Part shown: positions 22,607 to 33,172 of the stretch, in pieces
Layout: every line of letters starts with the position of its first letter
How positions within the stretch are numbered: the stretch's first letter is position 1
IMG/VR virus record: IMGVR_UViG_3300033388_001820
Direction: 5' to 3' (one strand)
From: an uncultured virus (IMG/VR IMGVR_UViG_3300033388_001820)
Taxonomy: Duplodnaviria > Heunggongvirae > Uroviricota > Caudoviricetes
Length of the DNA stretch: 64,000 nucleotides
Program-made: the position numbers and the translations under genes
Notes under the pieces: model-generated
Told to the model about the DNA's origin: nothing
The model's database searches: none
Seen by the model: only the letters and a program-made list of their open reading frames with translations

Positions 22607-25366
22607 ATGGCCGATACGATGACAATGACCACAGACACAGACACCGACACCCGCATCGCTGACCTAATCGCTGAAATCGACCGCTTTACCGCTGTGAACA
22701 CGAAACGCAATCTGGTGCCAACTTCGGAAGTCGTGAACTTCTGTTTGGACCTTCGCAACATTCTCCACACCCCTGAGAGGGACGAGACACAATGAGTGAG
22801 TACATGGATGGCTTTGCAGAAGTGACGAGAATCATGAAAGAAGCCGTAGACGAGGTAACGAAGCCGCTGAGAGACGAAATCAGCGTATTGCAAACTCAAC
22901 TCAACCTTGCCAAGGGTGGCCTATCCGTTATTGCCAAAGTAGGAGAGGACAACTTCTGCGTTACGGAAGCACTCCACCGTTTGGCTGCCATCAACGCATT
23001 TGACGTACCGAACGCTTCGCTAGAAACGATGCCGGTATCGCCATATCGGCAGACATCATCTTCTTTGGGAAAGGAGCACGATGGAAACGATCGTGACGAA
23101 AGCCATCATCCATCAACTGATTGAACGCGACAAGGAACACCAGTTCACCAAGTGTGGATTGACCCTCGACATAGAGCTAGGCGTTAACATCACGACTGGC
23201 TGGCAAAGCCACGTAACCTGCGAGGATTGCTTGAGTGTCGATAAGATCCTGTGTAAGTGGTGTGACGACACTGGCGTCGTTAGAGGCTGTCCGTACTGTA
23301 TTGGACCCGAAGCCGACTACCACACCATGTGTCTTGACGACGAGGACATTCCCTGTGATGCCTGTACCTGAAGCAAGCCATCCGCACTGGCGATACAAAG
23401 TGATGCTCACGTTTCCAGACGGAATCGAGTGGGAGCTACGAAGCAATCTCTCTTTCACCGATGCTTTCAGAATTGCCAACGACGGACGATGGAACATTTG
23501 CAAAGCGGCGATACAAGCCGACGCCACAAGGAAAGGAACAAACGATGAACGACATCCCGTGCCCGTGTGGAGATTATGACGAAGAGATCGAAACGCTGAA
23601 AGGAATCATCGCACGGTTTGTTGCTCTCGGTAAAGCACGGATTGACCTACACCCCAACAGTCGCAGACTGATCATCGAAGCGCCACCCGGCGTAGCTTTT
23701 TGGATGATTGGAGAAACCGAAGCAGCGTTGCTCGTAGAGCATGGCGTTCCGGTATCGTCTAGACGGAGGACAGCATGACATTCAAAGAATGGTTGAAAGA
23801 AGCAGACACAGTGTTTGCACCGCAAGCGCTAGACATCCACGGTTTCGCTACCGAAGCCGAAATCCGAGCCGTGTACGAAGACGGCGAGAACCCTGTTGAA
23901 TGGGCGAAGGAAGTGAGTGACTGATGACAACAAATGAATTTACCAACGACGAACTGTTGGAAGCTTTGGACATGTTGTGGATGAACATTGATCCCATGCT
24001 GATCGCAGACTTTAGCAACAATCATCATGCCCTCGACGCGTTCCTGCGTTGGAGAAACGACGATGGAGAGCCATCATGACCGGTCTTGTAGAGATCCCAG
24101 TTCCCAGGACTGCACGCATCGAAAAGGGGTACATTCAAACACTAAACAGTGCGGTTCTGCGCACCGCTTACCTTCTTGGTTGGCGATGGCATCGTACCGG
24201 AGCCGAACCAGACGGCTACGGCAGCGGCACCTCGTTGATCAACCGAGAAGGATGCATTCTGATTTGGAATTGGAACATCCCAAACACCAGTGGCGTAGTG
24301 ATCGGCAACAACATATTCACCTACACGTGTCCCGAAGACGAGTTCGCCCCAATGGCACCCCAACTGCTGCTGGATCATGTAATTGAAGCGAACATCCACA
24401 TCGAAAATTATGCAACCAACTCAGAAAGGACACCCCCAGCACATGTCTGACTGGAACGAAGACCAATACAGCGAGGACGTACTAGACCTTCCTCGTGGCA
24501 TCATCGACTACGACAGCATTTTGGACGACTACCAAGACTGGAACGAGACAGACAACCCGTTCGTGGACTTTGGTCCCGACTACGCCCACGACGATCGGTT
24601 TGATGACCCCGACAAGGTTGACCATGAGTGACTGGCAACAGACCCCCATACCCAAAGAGGGGTCCGTCATTGAATTCATGAGACGAGTTGAACCGTACCT
24701 TTACGAAGAAGAATGCAAGACGATACGTCGTTGGAACCCCAACTTTGATCAGCAAGCAAGATGTGATTGCGGTCACCTTTACCACCGTCACTTTGACGGC
24801 TACGACATGGGCGGGATGGAACCCATTGGCTGCAAATACTGTGCCTGTTTCACCTGGCGCACTCCCGGCACACCCGACCCTGACGAACCAGAAATCGTAC
24901 CACCCGACTACGAGATCGTTCTTGGCGTCCACAAGTACCACCGACACGACACGGAATGGATGTTGTTCTCGTTGACCTTGGACGGCGACGAGACACGCTT
25001 TTACGTAGGAGAAGTGAAAGCCGACAAGGCGGAGATGTTGGACGAAATCGAGAAGCTGAGAGGAACCCTATGACTCACAACCCCAGCACCAGCGTGCAAA
25101 TTGAAAACACCGGCACCGGACTCGTCAGGATCTTTGTCCACGACGGCACGAACAACGAAATCGTTATAGAACTTACGTTCGATGACCTCGACCAGATCAT
25201 TGGATGCGGAAACGCATTTGGACTCGCATATCAGTACCTTGTGTCTCTCGGGACCCGAGGGTATGACGGAACAATCGAAGCGTTCGAACTGCAAAACAAT
25301 CCAAACGGCGGGCACGAAGAACTGCCCGATGAACTAACGGTAGAAGACATCATCAACTGGAAGTGA
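22607..25366 (+). other. Run of small hypothetical ORFs
   Basis: Coupled short ORFs with RBS; no recognisable family. Confidence 0.65.
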
Positions 25367-26310
25367 CCATGAGAGACGTAATTCTCAACCCCAAGATGCC
25401 ATCGCAACGTATCGTCAAGGGTGTGTACTGCTATGATTGCAGCACCGAAGACTGTATCTGCTATTCGATCGACCATGCCTACAAGCAAGGCGGGTTTCAT
25501 CCGTGGACACGAGACAACATCCGTGTCTTTGGTCGAGGCTTCGAACAAGGGTACAAGGAAACGTGGAAGACGCACGAGTGGAAACAGATTCCGCTTATTG
25601 AAATGGTTGCCGACTATTACCTTCTAGACGGCATCGCTTCATGCGTAGTCGTACCAGGAGTAGCACCTCCACAAACGATCGTGAACGCAGAACTGATGGT
25701 AGAGATGCTGAAAGCAGGTTTCTACGTTCGCGAGAGGGCTTCCGATCTGAAAGCCACCGCGTTCAAAGCGGCTGTAGCATTCGCTAAGCTGGTCACCAAA
25801 AACGCTCCAATCGTTCGTGACTACATGCACTACGCTATGGCAGGTGAATTGTCCTGCTCCGAGGACCTTTACCGGTCGATTGGCAGTTACGAGAGCTACG
25901 ATGCCTGCGTATCGTGGCATCACATGATCAAAGAGTTCGGCTACGAGAAATGTGCTCGATGGGCGATGGAAGCCTTTGACGAGTGCGAATGGCCTGGCGG
26001 CTACGGCGGCTATGCTTGGGAAAGCATCGCTCAAGTTGCTCACAACTACGAGACAGGCACTTGGCTGGGTCAACGGTTCGGATCACGAGAGTTTCTAGAC
26101 CGGGCCTTTTCTTTACAGCACAACAATGCTACTGTGTTTGATAAGACACAGTGGCAGGATGACCCTTCGGATCTTGAATATGTGCTGAATGCACACTCCG
26201 AGTCCCGCTGGAACATCCTGTACAACAACGCTTCACAAACGACGAGGACATTATTCAACGAGCACGTCGAGGCGTGCAACGTGACCCCGAAAGAGGTACT
26301 TCATGACTGA
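25363..26310 (+). CDS. Stand-alone 'GGxAW...LQHN' domain protein (paralog 3 of 3)
   Basis: YYLLD, YMHYAMAGE, GYGGYAW, FLDRAFSLQHNN, VLNAH. Confidence 0.85.
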   Translation: MTMRDVILNPKMPSQRIVKGVYCYDCSTEDCICYSIDHAYKQGGFHPWTRDNIRVFGRGFEQGYKETWKTHEWKQIPLIEMVADYYLLDGIASCVVVPGVAPPQTIVNAELMVEMLKAGFYVRERASDLKATAFKAAVAFAKLVTKNAPIVRDYMHYAMAGELSCSEDLYRSIGSYESYDACVSWHHMIKEFGYEKCARWAMEAFDECEWPGGYGGYAWESIAQVAHNYETGTWLGQRFGSREFLDRAFSLQHNNATVFDKTQWQDDPSDLEYVLNAHSESRWNILYNNASQTTRTLFNEHVEACNVTPKEVLHD

Positions 26311-26788
26311 ACGCGAAGGTGTCGAGGTCATCAACCTTGGCAACGCCAACGTCCGCATTATCCAACGAACACCCCCACAAGTCAGGTACGATAAGTATCT
26401 TCGACGCAACTACATGTCTGGCACGTGGCGAGAGTACGAGGCTTACCCCCGTGTCTATGTCTCACCCGACGAGACATTCAATGTGGCTGAGAACTTCCTC
26501 AACCGCGAACGTCGACCGTACAACGATTGGCGTCAGCCAACCAAAGACGCTCTTGCTGCTGTAGGAGTGGCGTTTGAGAAGATGAACTGGTCGAAGAGCG
26601 CAGGATGCAGCATGTGTCCTTGTTCCCCCGGCTTCATTCTCAAGAACGGCGCTTATGCTCCGTTCTCCCACGGTCACTTCGACATTTGGGTGACCCTCAA
26701 GGGCGCTCCTTCCGTGGACGAGTCGAAAGACATCGACCCTGGCAGGATCGCAGCACTTGAAAGCCTTTCGAAAGGAATGAAACTATGA
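26303..26788 (+). CDS. Hypothetical protein
   Basis: 161-aa coupled ORF with WSKSAGCSMCPCSPGF motif. Confidence 0.7.
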   Translation: MTEREGVEVINLGNANVRIIQRTPPQVRYDKYLRRNYMSGTWREYEAYPRVYVSPDETFNVAENFLNRERRPYNDWRQPTKDALAAVGVAFEKMNWSKSAGCSMCPCSPGFILKNGAYAPFSHGHFDIWVTLKGAPSVDESKDIDPGRIAALESLSKGMKL

Positions 26789-27261
26789 GTCATTTAGTTG
26801 ATCCGAAACGCGGCAGCACGCTGACGCCTACAGGTGAGAAAGTCGGTCGTATGGAAATCTCTTTGGACATGTGGGAGCGCAGGCTCATCCACCATCCCAT
26901 CGAAGACTGCCAGAGCGACGGATATCCCTGTTGTATCCACAGCCCGAGTGATCATCACATGAGGGACTGGGTTATGAACTACCGAGACGACAGAGGTATC
27001 ATGGAACGCATCTGCGAAGACAACGGGATTGGACATCCTGACCCAGATGATGTAGCATTCCATAAACGAAGGGGAAACGACATCAGCGTTCATGGATGTG
27101 ACGGTTGTTGCGGAAGTGACTTGAACCCCTCCTACAATGACGACTGATACCGACACACTCCGCAACATCGCCGCCCGAATCCGATTTGGAACGAGCGCCG
27201 TTGAAGACGCCAAGACCCTTCGGGACCTTGCAGACATGATCGACAAGAAAGGTTACCTGAA

Positions 27262-28155
27262 ATGAGTGACCAATTCCGAGTAACTGAATGGGACGACTAC
27301 CAAGGTCAAACCAAACTGAAGGAACGTTTCGACGTTCATATCAACAGCGCACTTGATAGGTGCGAGCCGCTTGATCATGCTTTGCTGATCGGCCCACCGG
27401 GTTGCGGTAAGACTACGATCGCACAGATCATCGCAGAACAGATGCACACGAATTTCGAATCCTACGTCATGCCACAGAAGCCTGGCGTTCTGCAATATCT
27501 CTTCCAAGAACACTACGGTGTGCTTCTTCTAGACGAGATCCATCGACTCAAGACTGCTCAGCAAGAATCGCTTCTGACCGTCATCGAAGACGGTTATTAC
27601 CAGCAGGACAACGGAGAGCGCGTCGAGCTTGGCGACGGCCTGACCATTATCGGGGCGACAACCGAACCCGACCAGATCATCGCTCCTTTGTACGATCGGT
27701 TCATGATCAAGCCCGAGTGGGACCCGTACACCGATCGAGACATGGCAAAGATTGTGTACGGCATGGCACAACGGACACATATTCTCCTGACGGACAGGTC
27801 AGCAAAGAGGCTGGCTCGTGCAGCAGGTGGTATTCCCCGCAACGCTAAGGCACTTGTGAAGATGGCCCGCGACCTTCATCTGGAAGACTCTGCTGGAGTA
27901 GCTGAGATTCTTCGAATCAGTCGGCTCACGCCGGATGGCCTTACTGTCAATCATGTGCGGTATCTGCGAGTGTTGAAAGACTGTGGCAAACCGACCGGTT
28001 TGTCAACTATTTCAGCGCACTTGCGACTGCCTCCTACAGTGATCGTGGGGCTTGAACGGCTGTTGCTTTCACGCAAGCTGATCAGCTACGAACCGAACGG
28101 ACGTGCTCTGACCGGTAAAGCGTTCAAGGTCATCAAGAAAGCAGAGGAATTGTGA
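27262..28155 (+). CDS. ruvB: RuvB-like Holliday junction branch migration ATPase
   Basis: WDDYQGQ, EPLDHALLIGPPGCGKTT, LLLDEIHRL, IIGATT, PLYDRF, GIPRNA. Confidence 0.85.
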   Translation: MSDQFRVTEWDDYQGQTKLKERFDVHINSALDRCEPLDHALLIGPPGCGKTTIAQIIAEQMHTNFESYVMPQKPGVLQYLFQEHYGVLLLDEIHRLKTAQQESLLTVIEDGYYQQDNGERVELGDGLTIIGATTEPDQIIAPLYDRFMIKPEWDPYTDRDMAKIVYGMAQRTHILLTDRSAKRLARAAGGIPRNAKALVKMARDLHLEDSAGVAEILRISRLTPDGLTVNHVRYLRVLKDCGKPTGLSTISAHLRLPPTVIVGLERLLLSRKLISYEPNGRALTGKAFKVIKKAEEL

Positions 28156-29022
28156 CTCTGAGCAAGAAAGATGCCAGACGGATGAGAGAAATTCATGCGG
28201 CCAAGATGCATCTCATCGAGGTGCAGACGTGGTGGTATGCTCAGAATCTAGATGGCTGTGGTACGATCAGTGCTTTGATCGAAATGACACGAGACATGGA
28301 ACGAAAAATAGAATTGGGGATCGAACTATGAACAAAGACTTCGAACGGTGGTGCAAGTTTCCCACCACCAAAGAACTGTATGAGGAACTTTGCAGGTTTG
28401 CCGTCAGGCTCGTTGGTTCTGCATCGTTGATACCACCCTTCACCGAATGGCTCAAGACCGACCAGGCACAAGTTGAGTACGAAGAATGGACTGAGAACTG
28501 GGAGGTTGACGGGATGGAACGACGAATTGAGTACCGTCGAGAGTCCGACCGTGTTCAATTTGAGGCATGGTTACAACAGGAGACAGCATCATGAGTGGCG
28601 AACTTACCATCGTCGCCGCGGACCTGGCAGCAAACAGCAAGTTCTTTAGCGACGAGCTATACGCACGATGCAAAGAAGACCCCCAATGGTCCTACGACAC
28701 CATCCTATGGTTGCGTCAGAAGCTTGCATCTGCTATGCTAGCTACAGATACCGTTTCTAGCAACCTGCAATCGCAGCTTGACGAAATCTACGATCGGTTG
28801 ATCGAATGACACAAATCACAGAAGTAACCGACGAAAACCTTTACCTGCTCCTGTTCACTGCGTTTCAGGCAGGCATCGACTCAACCACAACCGACTACAA
28901 CGCAGAAGACAACCCGACAGCATCCAACCCAGTTGAATGCCTAGACAATTTCGAAGCGTGGCTAGAAGAAGACCAGCCTGCGCTTCACAGCATCATCTTT
29001 CCCTGAAAGGAAACAAGCCATC

Positions 29023-29829
29023 ATGGCAAAAATCACCAAGTGGGTCAGCGACTTGACCCTAAGAATCGGTCCTATCCAAACCAGTGGCGCTTTGACCGGC
29101 GTCCGCAAATCCAAGACGAAGTACAAGAAGTCCACGTTCAAGTACGTCACCCCTGAGGGTGAGGCAGTCCAGCAACGCTACGTCGACAAGGCCGGAACGC
29201 AGTTCACGGTCGATCAGCTTGGCAAGGCAACCGCGGTCATTGATGACGAAGGCAACGAGATTCTCGTGCCGGTCGCTGCTGACGCAATCGCCAAGGCCAA
29301 GGAATCCAGCCTACCGAAGAACGTTGTCAACATGACGGTGCATCCGGCTACACAGGTCGACCGGCTCCTTTACCAGTCCGACACCAACGGCTACGTGTTC
29401 ACACCGGACGACTCCGATCCTGCCAACGTAAACTGGCACGACCTTCTGCTTCGATTGCTTGCCGATCGAAACAAGGCTTTCATTTCGAAGGCCAACGTGC
29501 GAGGTAACGAGGGTTTGTATCGGATTTCCACATGGAACGGTCGTATTGTCCTACAGCGGGTCCTTTACCCGGCTGAGGTTAACGAGTACGATGACGTCAC
29601 ACCGAACCCGGTCGCTCACGAGACGGTCGAGAAGTTCGAAGCGTGGGTGGAGAACCAGTCTGCTGCGTTTGATCCTGACGACTACGAAGATAACGTGACA
29701 GCTAACCTGGCTGCCATGTCCGAGGCTTTCGCTTCTGGCGAAGCCGAATACAACCCGGCCCCGGTCGCTGTAGAAACGGTCGAAGTTGACCTGCTCGCTG
29801 CGCTTGAGGCTTTCGAGGTCACAACATGA
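29023..29829 (+). CDS. ku: Ku-like DNA end-binding protein
   Basis: Ku-like pattern: LQRVLYPAEV, FDPDDYED, C-terminal VDLLAALEA; sits near a ligase gene. Confidence 0.7.
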   Translation: MAKITKWVSDLTLRIGPIQTSGALTGVRKSKTKYKKSTFKYVTPEGEAVQQRYVDKAGTQFTVDQLGKATAVIDDEGNEILVPVAADAIAKAKESSLPKNVVNMTVHPATQVDRLLYQSDTNGYVFTPDDSDPANVNWHDLLLRLLADRNKAFISKANVRGNEGLYRISTWNGRIVLQRVLYPAEVNEYDDVTPNPVAHETVEKFEAWVENQSAAFDPDDYEDNVTANLAAMSEAFASGEAEYNPAPVAVETVEVDLLAALEAFEVTT

Positions 29830-30545
29830 ACGATCCCAAGAATAACGCCGCTGAGATCGGTCTAGCAATCGCAACGCTGGCCCGTACCCAGTATCAGACG
29901 GGGACCGACACTGGCGATGCTCGCCGTGCCCTTTGTCTGATTCTCGACAACCTCGCTAAGGAGCAATCATTATGAAACGCACAGGAGTCTTCGCAACCGA
30001 AGACGAAATCAAATCCCTGAAAACGCTGCTTGGGCAGCCGCTGATTGCACCGGCTGGCATCATGCCACGCTCTCCTGCACAGCTAGCACATGAGTTCGCT
30101 CTCGCTCATGGACTTCCTGAGGTGCGAGGATATTACGGATGCGATCTGGAAAACGGCGAGTTTGTGAGCGCCTAATGTTGGGTGAAACCCTCGAAAACAA
30201 GGAGAAGAGTGCCGATGACTGACGAGAACCCCGTTGAGACAGTGAAACTGTTGCGGGAAAGAGTGAAGCAGGAGGCCGAAAAGCTAGGATTAGATGTCCA
30301 CAGCTTTGCTCTTATTCCGGGTGATGACAATTCCCCGGACCTGGCACAGGTAGTGTTCACAATTGGACTTGAAGCTATTGAGTCCAAAGACGAAACGGAG
30401 ACACGACAAACAGATGCGGCTTTTGAAGAACTGGTGGGCGCTGAGTTCACTGGAGAATCAACCACAGAAGAACAAGCGTCAGCGGATGAAAGGCTTGAAG
30501 GCCAAGTTGACGCTGCCACAAGGGAGGCTCTTGATGGACTTTTCG

Positions 30546-31367
30546 ATGAAGACTGACATCACTCCAATGCTTGCACGTCCTTTTGAAGGAGACGTAGACC
30601 TTTACGCTCTGGATTGCCAATGGGTGTTTGAGCAGAAGATCGACGGCAAACGAGCACTCGTTCATGTCGCAGATCGCAAGGCTGTTGCATACAACAGGCA
30701 AGGCGAAGAGACAGGAATGCCTGACACGGTACATCAGGCGTTTGACAACAAGGGCTTTGATGGCCGTTGGGTGTTCGATGGAGAAATCCTTGATCACGTC
30801 CTATGGGTGTTCGATGTGCTTGTCTGCCCAGGGCCTGAAGGGTCGATCACGGATCTCCGCGATTTGGCCTTTTCGGCTCGACGTCAGTTTCTTGATCAGC
30901 TTTTCGACCAATGGAAACCCGAGCATGTAAAGCTTGTACGGCAAGAACACAGGGACGTGAAGAAGTCCATGCTAATCAAGCAGGTCCACGACAGCGGCGG
31001 CGAAGGTGTGGTCATCAAGCATCTAGCTTCCAAGTACGAAGGCAAACGTTCTCATAACTGGTTGAAGCTCAAGTTCACCGCAACCCACGAGGCTGTTGTA
31101 ACGAACCTACTCCGAGGCGGCAAGGAACTTGCAGTCGACATTGGATACACCCACGGAGGTGTGCTTGTTGAAGCTGGCGGGTTGAAGATTCCTAACCGGA
31201 TCATCGACCAAGTTAAAGCCGGTACGGTTGTAGAGGTCAGATACCTTTACGCCACAGCCGACCACAAGCTGTATCAGCCAGTGTTTCTTCGTATCCGAGA
31301 CGACAAAACCCCGGAGGAATGCACGACTGAAGGTTTGCAGTACACGGACAGAAGGGTGCTAGTATGA
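30546..31367 (+). CDS. ATP-dependent DNA ligase (minimal, LigC/LigD-ligase-like)
   Basis: PMLA, motif I EQKIDG, FDGEI, VFDVL, EGVVIK, WLKLK, PVFLRIRDDK. Confidence 0.9.
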   Translation: MKTDITPMLARPFEGDVDLYALDCQWVFEQKIDGKRALVHVADRKAVAYNRQGEETGMPDTVHQAFDNKGFDGRWVFDGEILDHVLWVFDVLVCPGPEGSITDLRDLAFSARRQFLDQLFDQWKPEHVKLVRQEHRDVKKSMLIKQVHDSGGEGVVIKHLASKYEGKRSHNWLKLKFTATHEAVVTNLLRGGKELAVDIGYTHGGVLVEAGGLKIPNRIIDQVKAGTVVEVRYLYATADHKLYQPVFLRIRDDKTPEECTTEGLQYTDRRVLV

Positions 31368-31841
31368 TCACGAATGACGAAATGGAAGCCCGAGCACTTG
31401 CGATGGCTCACCAATGGGATAAGGAAGTCGAAGATCCAGAGATTCCGTTGATAGCGGCTTTGGTCTGTGATATCCAGAAGCTTTTCAACTTCAACCTGGA
31501 GGAATGGGACTTTTCAGAAGATGTCATCTTGCAGGCTGCTGTTGATTATCGTCACGGGCCGAAGAAACTCGGAGACTGTCTGATAGACATAATGGCATCA
31601 TGAACTATGAGGAAGAGGTGGCTGCTGCGTTCGAAGAAGCCCGCCTAGAAACGGAGCTAGACAACACAGAAGTGTTACTTCGTTCGTTGCGAACATTCGA
31701 CGTAGCGGCCACTCTTTCACGCATCACCGACAAGGACGGTGTGCTGCATCCGGCACTCGTCTTGACACCAGACACATATTCGGCTATGATCAAACTGATC
31801 CAACAAGCCGGAATAAACCAATTCACTCTGTAAAGGAAACT

Positions 31842-33044
31842 ATGACTGAGGCATTTACCCCTCTGCACACCAGATTCTCCACTCTCGCTGTCGAGGTTTC
31901 ATCTGAAATCCACGAGCGTTCACAGGAAATCCATACAGCAGTCCTAGCGCTGCTCTCAAACCATCACCATTTCCAGTTGGGTCCTCCCGGCACCGCCAAG
32001 TCCCTTCTTGTTGATCGCATCTACCGTCGTATCGACGGACTGGCCGACGCTGACTATTTCCGGTACCTGATGGCGAAGACCACAGCCCCCGAAGAGTTGT
32101 TCGGTGGACTGGACCTTCTTCTCTACAAGGAAACGGGCATTTTCAAGCGCCGCACAGAGCGGATGCTTCCTGAGGCTCGCATCGCTTTCCTTGACGAGAT
32201 TTTCAAGTCGAGTTCCGCCATCCTCAACACACTGCTCACTGTCATGAACGAACGTGAGTTCTACAACGCTGGCGAGACGTTCGACGTTCCGCTCATCACC
32301 GTGTTCGCTGCATCCAACGAGTTGCCCGATGGTGAAGAGTTGCGAGCCTTGTTCGATCGGCTGCATTTCCGCCATGTGGTACGTGAGATTCAGGAGACGA
32401 GCAACTTTGTTGAGATGCTCAGTAATCCGATGGTTGAGATTCCCGAACGACTCGTGAGTCTTGAAGACCTTTACGCTGCACAGAAGCAGGTCGCTGACGT
32501 TCATGTTCCTATGGACGTGATCGAAGCCCTCAAGGGCTTGCGAGGCGATCTGATGCACAGTGACGGTGGCGTCAAAGCCACTGATCGGCGCTGGAAGCAG
32601 TGTCTCCCGATCATTCAGGCTGAGGCTTGGCTGGAAGGCGAGGACACGGCAGAAGTGGCTCACATGCGGCCCCTGATGCACGTCCTTTGGGAAGAGCAGT
32701 CTTTCCGTAAGACGGTCACCAAGCACGTTCTTGCACTCGCTAACCCGATCGACAAGGTTGCCACCGAGCTTCTTGAGGATCTCGCGGTGCAATCCGTTGC
32801 TCTCAACAAAGCAATCAAGGATCATGTCGATAACCCGAAGGCACGAGCCAAGGTTTGTGTCGAAGTCCATACCAAGCTGAAGCGGATCAAGAACAGAATG
32901 TCGAAGCTTGCGGCTGAGGCCGAGACGGTCGAACGTGAGTCCGAGCAGCTTGATACGCTCAAAGGCCGGTTCGTTCAGGTCGGTCGAGTCCTTATGGTCG
33001 ACGGATTTGGCGTCGACTCCGATACCGTTCCTGGTATCGACTGA
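31842..33044 (+). CDS. MoxR/RavA-family AAA+ ATPase
   Basis: GPPGTAKS, FLDEIFKSSSAILNTLL, ASNELP, ALFDRL, TDRRW. Confidence 0.92.
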   Translation: MTEAFTPLHTRFSTLAVEVSSEIHERSQEIHTAVLALLSNHHHFQLGPPGTAKSLLVDRIYRRIDGLADADYFRYLMAKTTAPEELFGGLDLLLYKETGIFKRRTERMLPEARIAFLDEIFKSSSAILNTLLTVMNEREFYNAGETFDVPLITVFAASNELPDGEELRALFDRLHFRHVVREIQETSNFVEMLSNPMVEIPERLVSLEDLYAAQKQVADVHVPMDVIEALKGLRGDLMHSDGGVKATDRRWKQCLPIIQAEAWLEGEDTAEVAHMRPLMHVLWEEQSFRKTVTKHVLALANPIDKVATELLEDLAVQSVALNKAIKDHVDNPKARAKVCVEVHTKLKRIKNRMSKLAAEAETVERESEQLDTLKGRFVQVGRVLMVDGFGVDSDTVPGID

Positions 33045-33050
33045 GAACCT

Positions 33051-33136
33051 GCGGGGGACGATAACCTACACGCTGTTTGTAGCAAGGTGGAAAATGGTGG
33101 CCACCTGTGTTACAGTGTAGAGAAGACGTCCCCCGC
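33051..33136 (+). promoter_or_regulatory. Intergenic long stem-loop between the MoxR and vWA genes
   Basis: GCGGGGGACG(33051-33060)/CGTCCCCCGC(33127-33136) with nested CTACAC/GTGTAG and AGGTGG/CCACCT stems. Confidence 0.6.
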
Positions 33137-33172
33137 AATTACTCTCACCATCAAATCAACCGAAGGTAAAAG

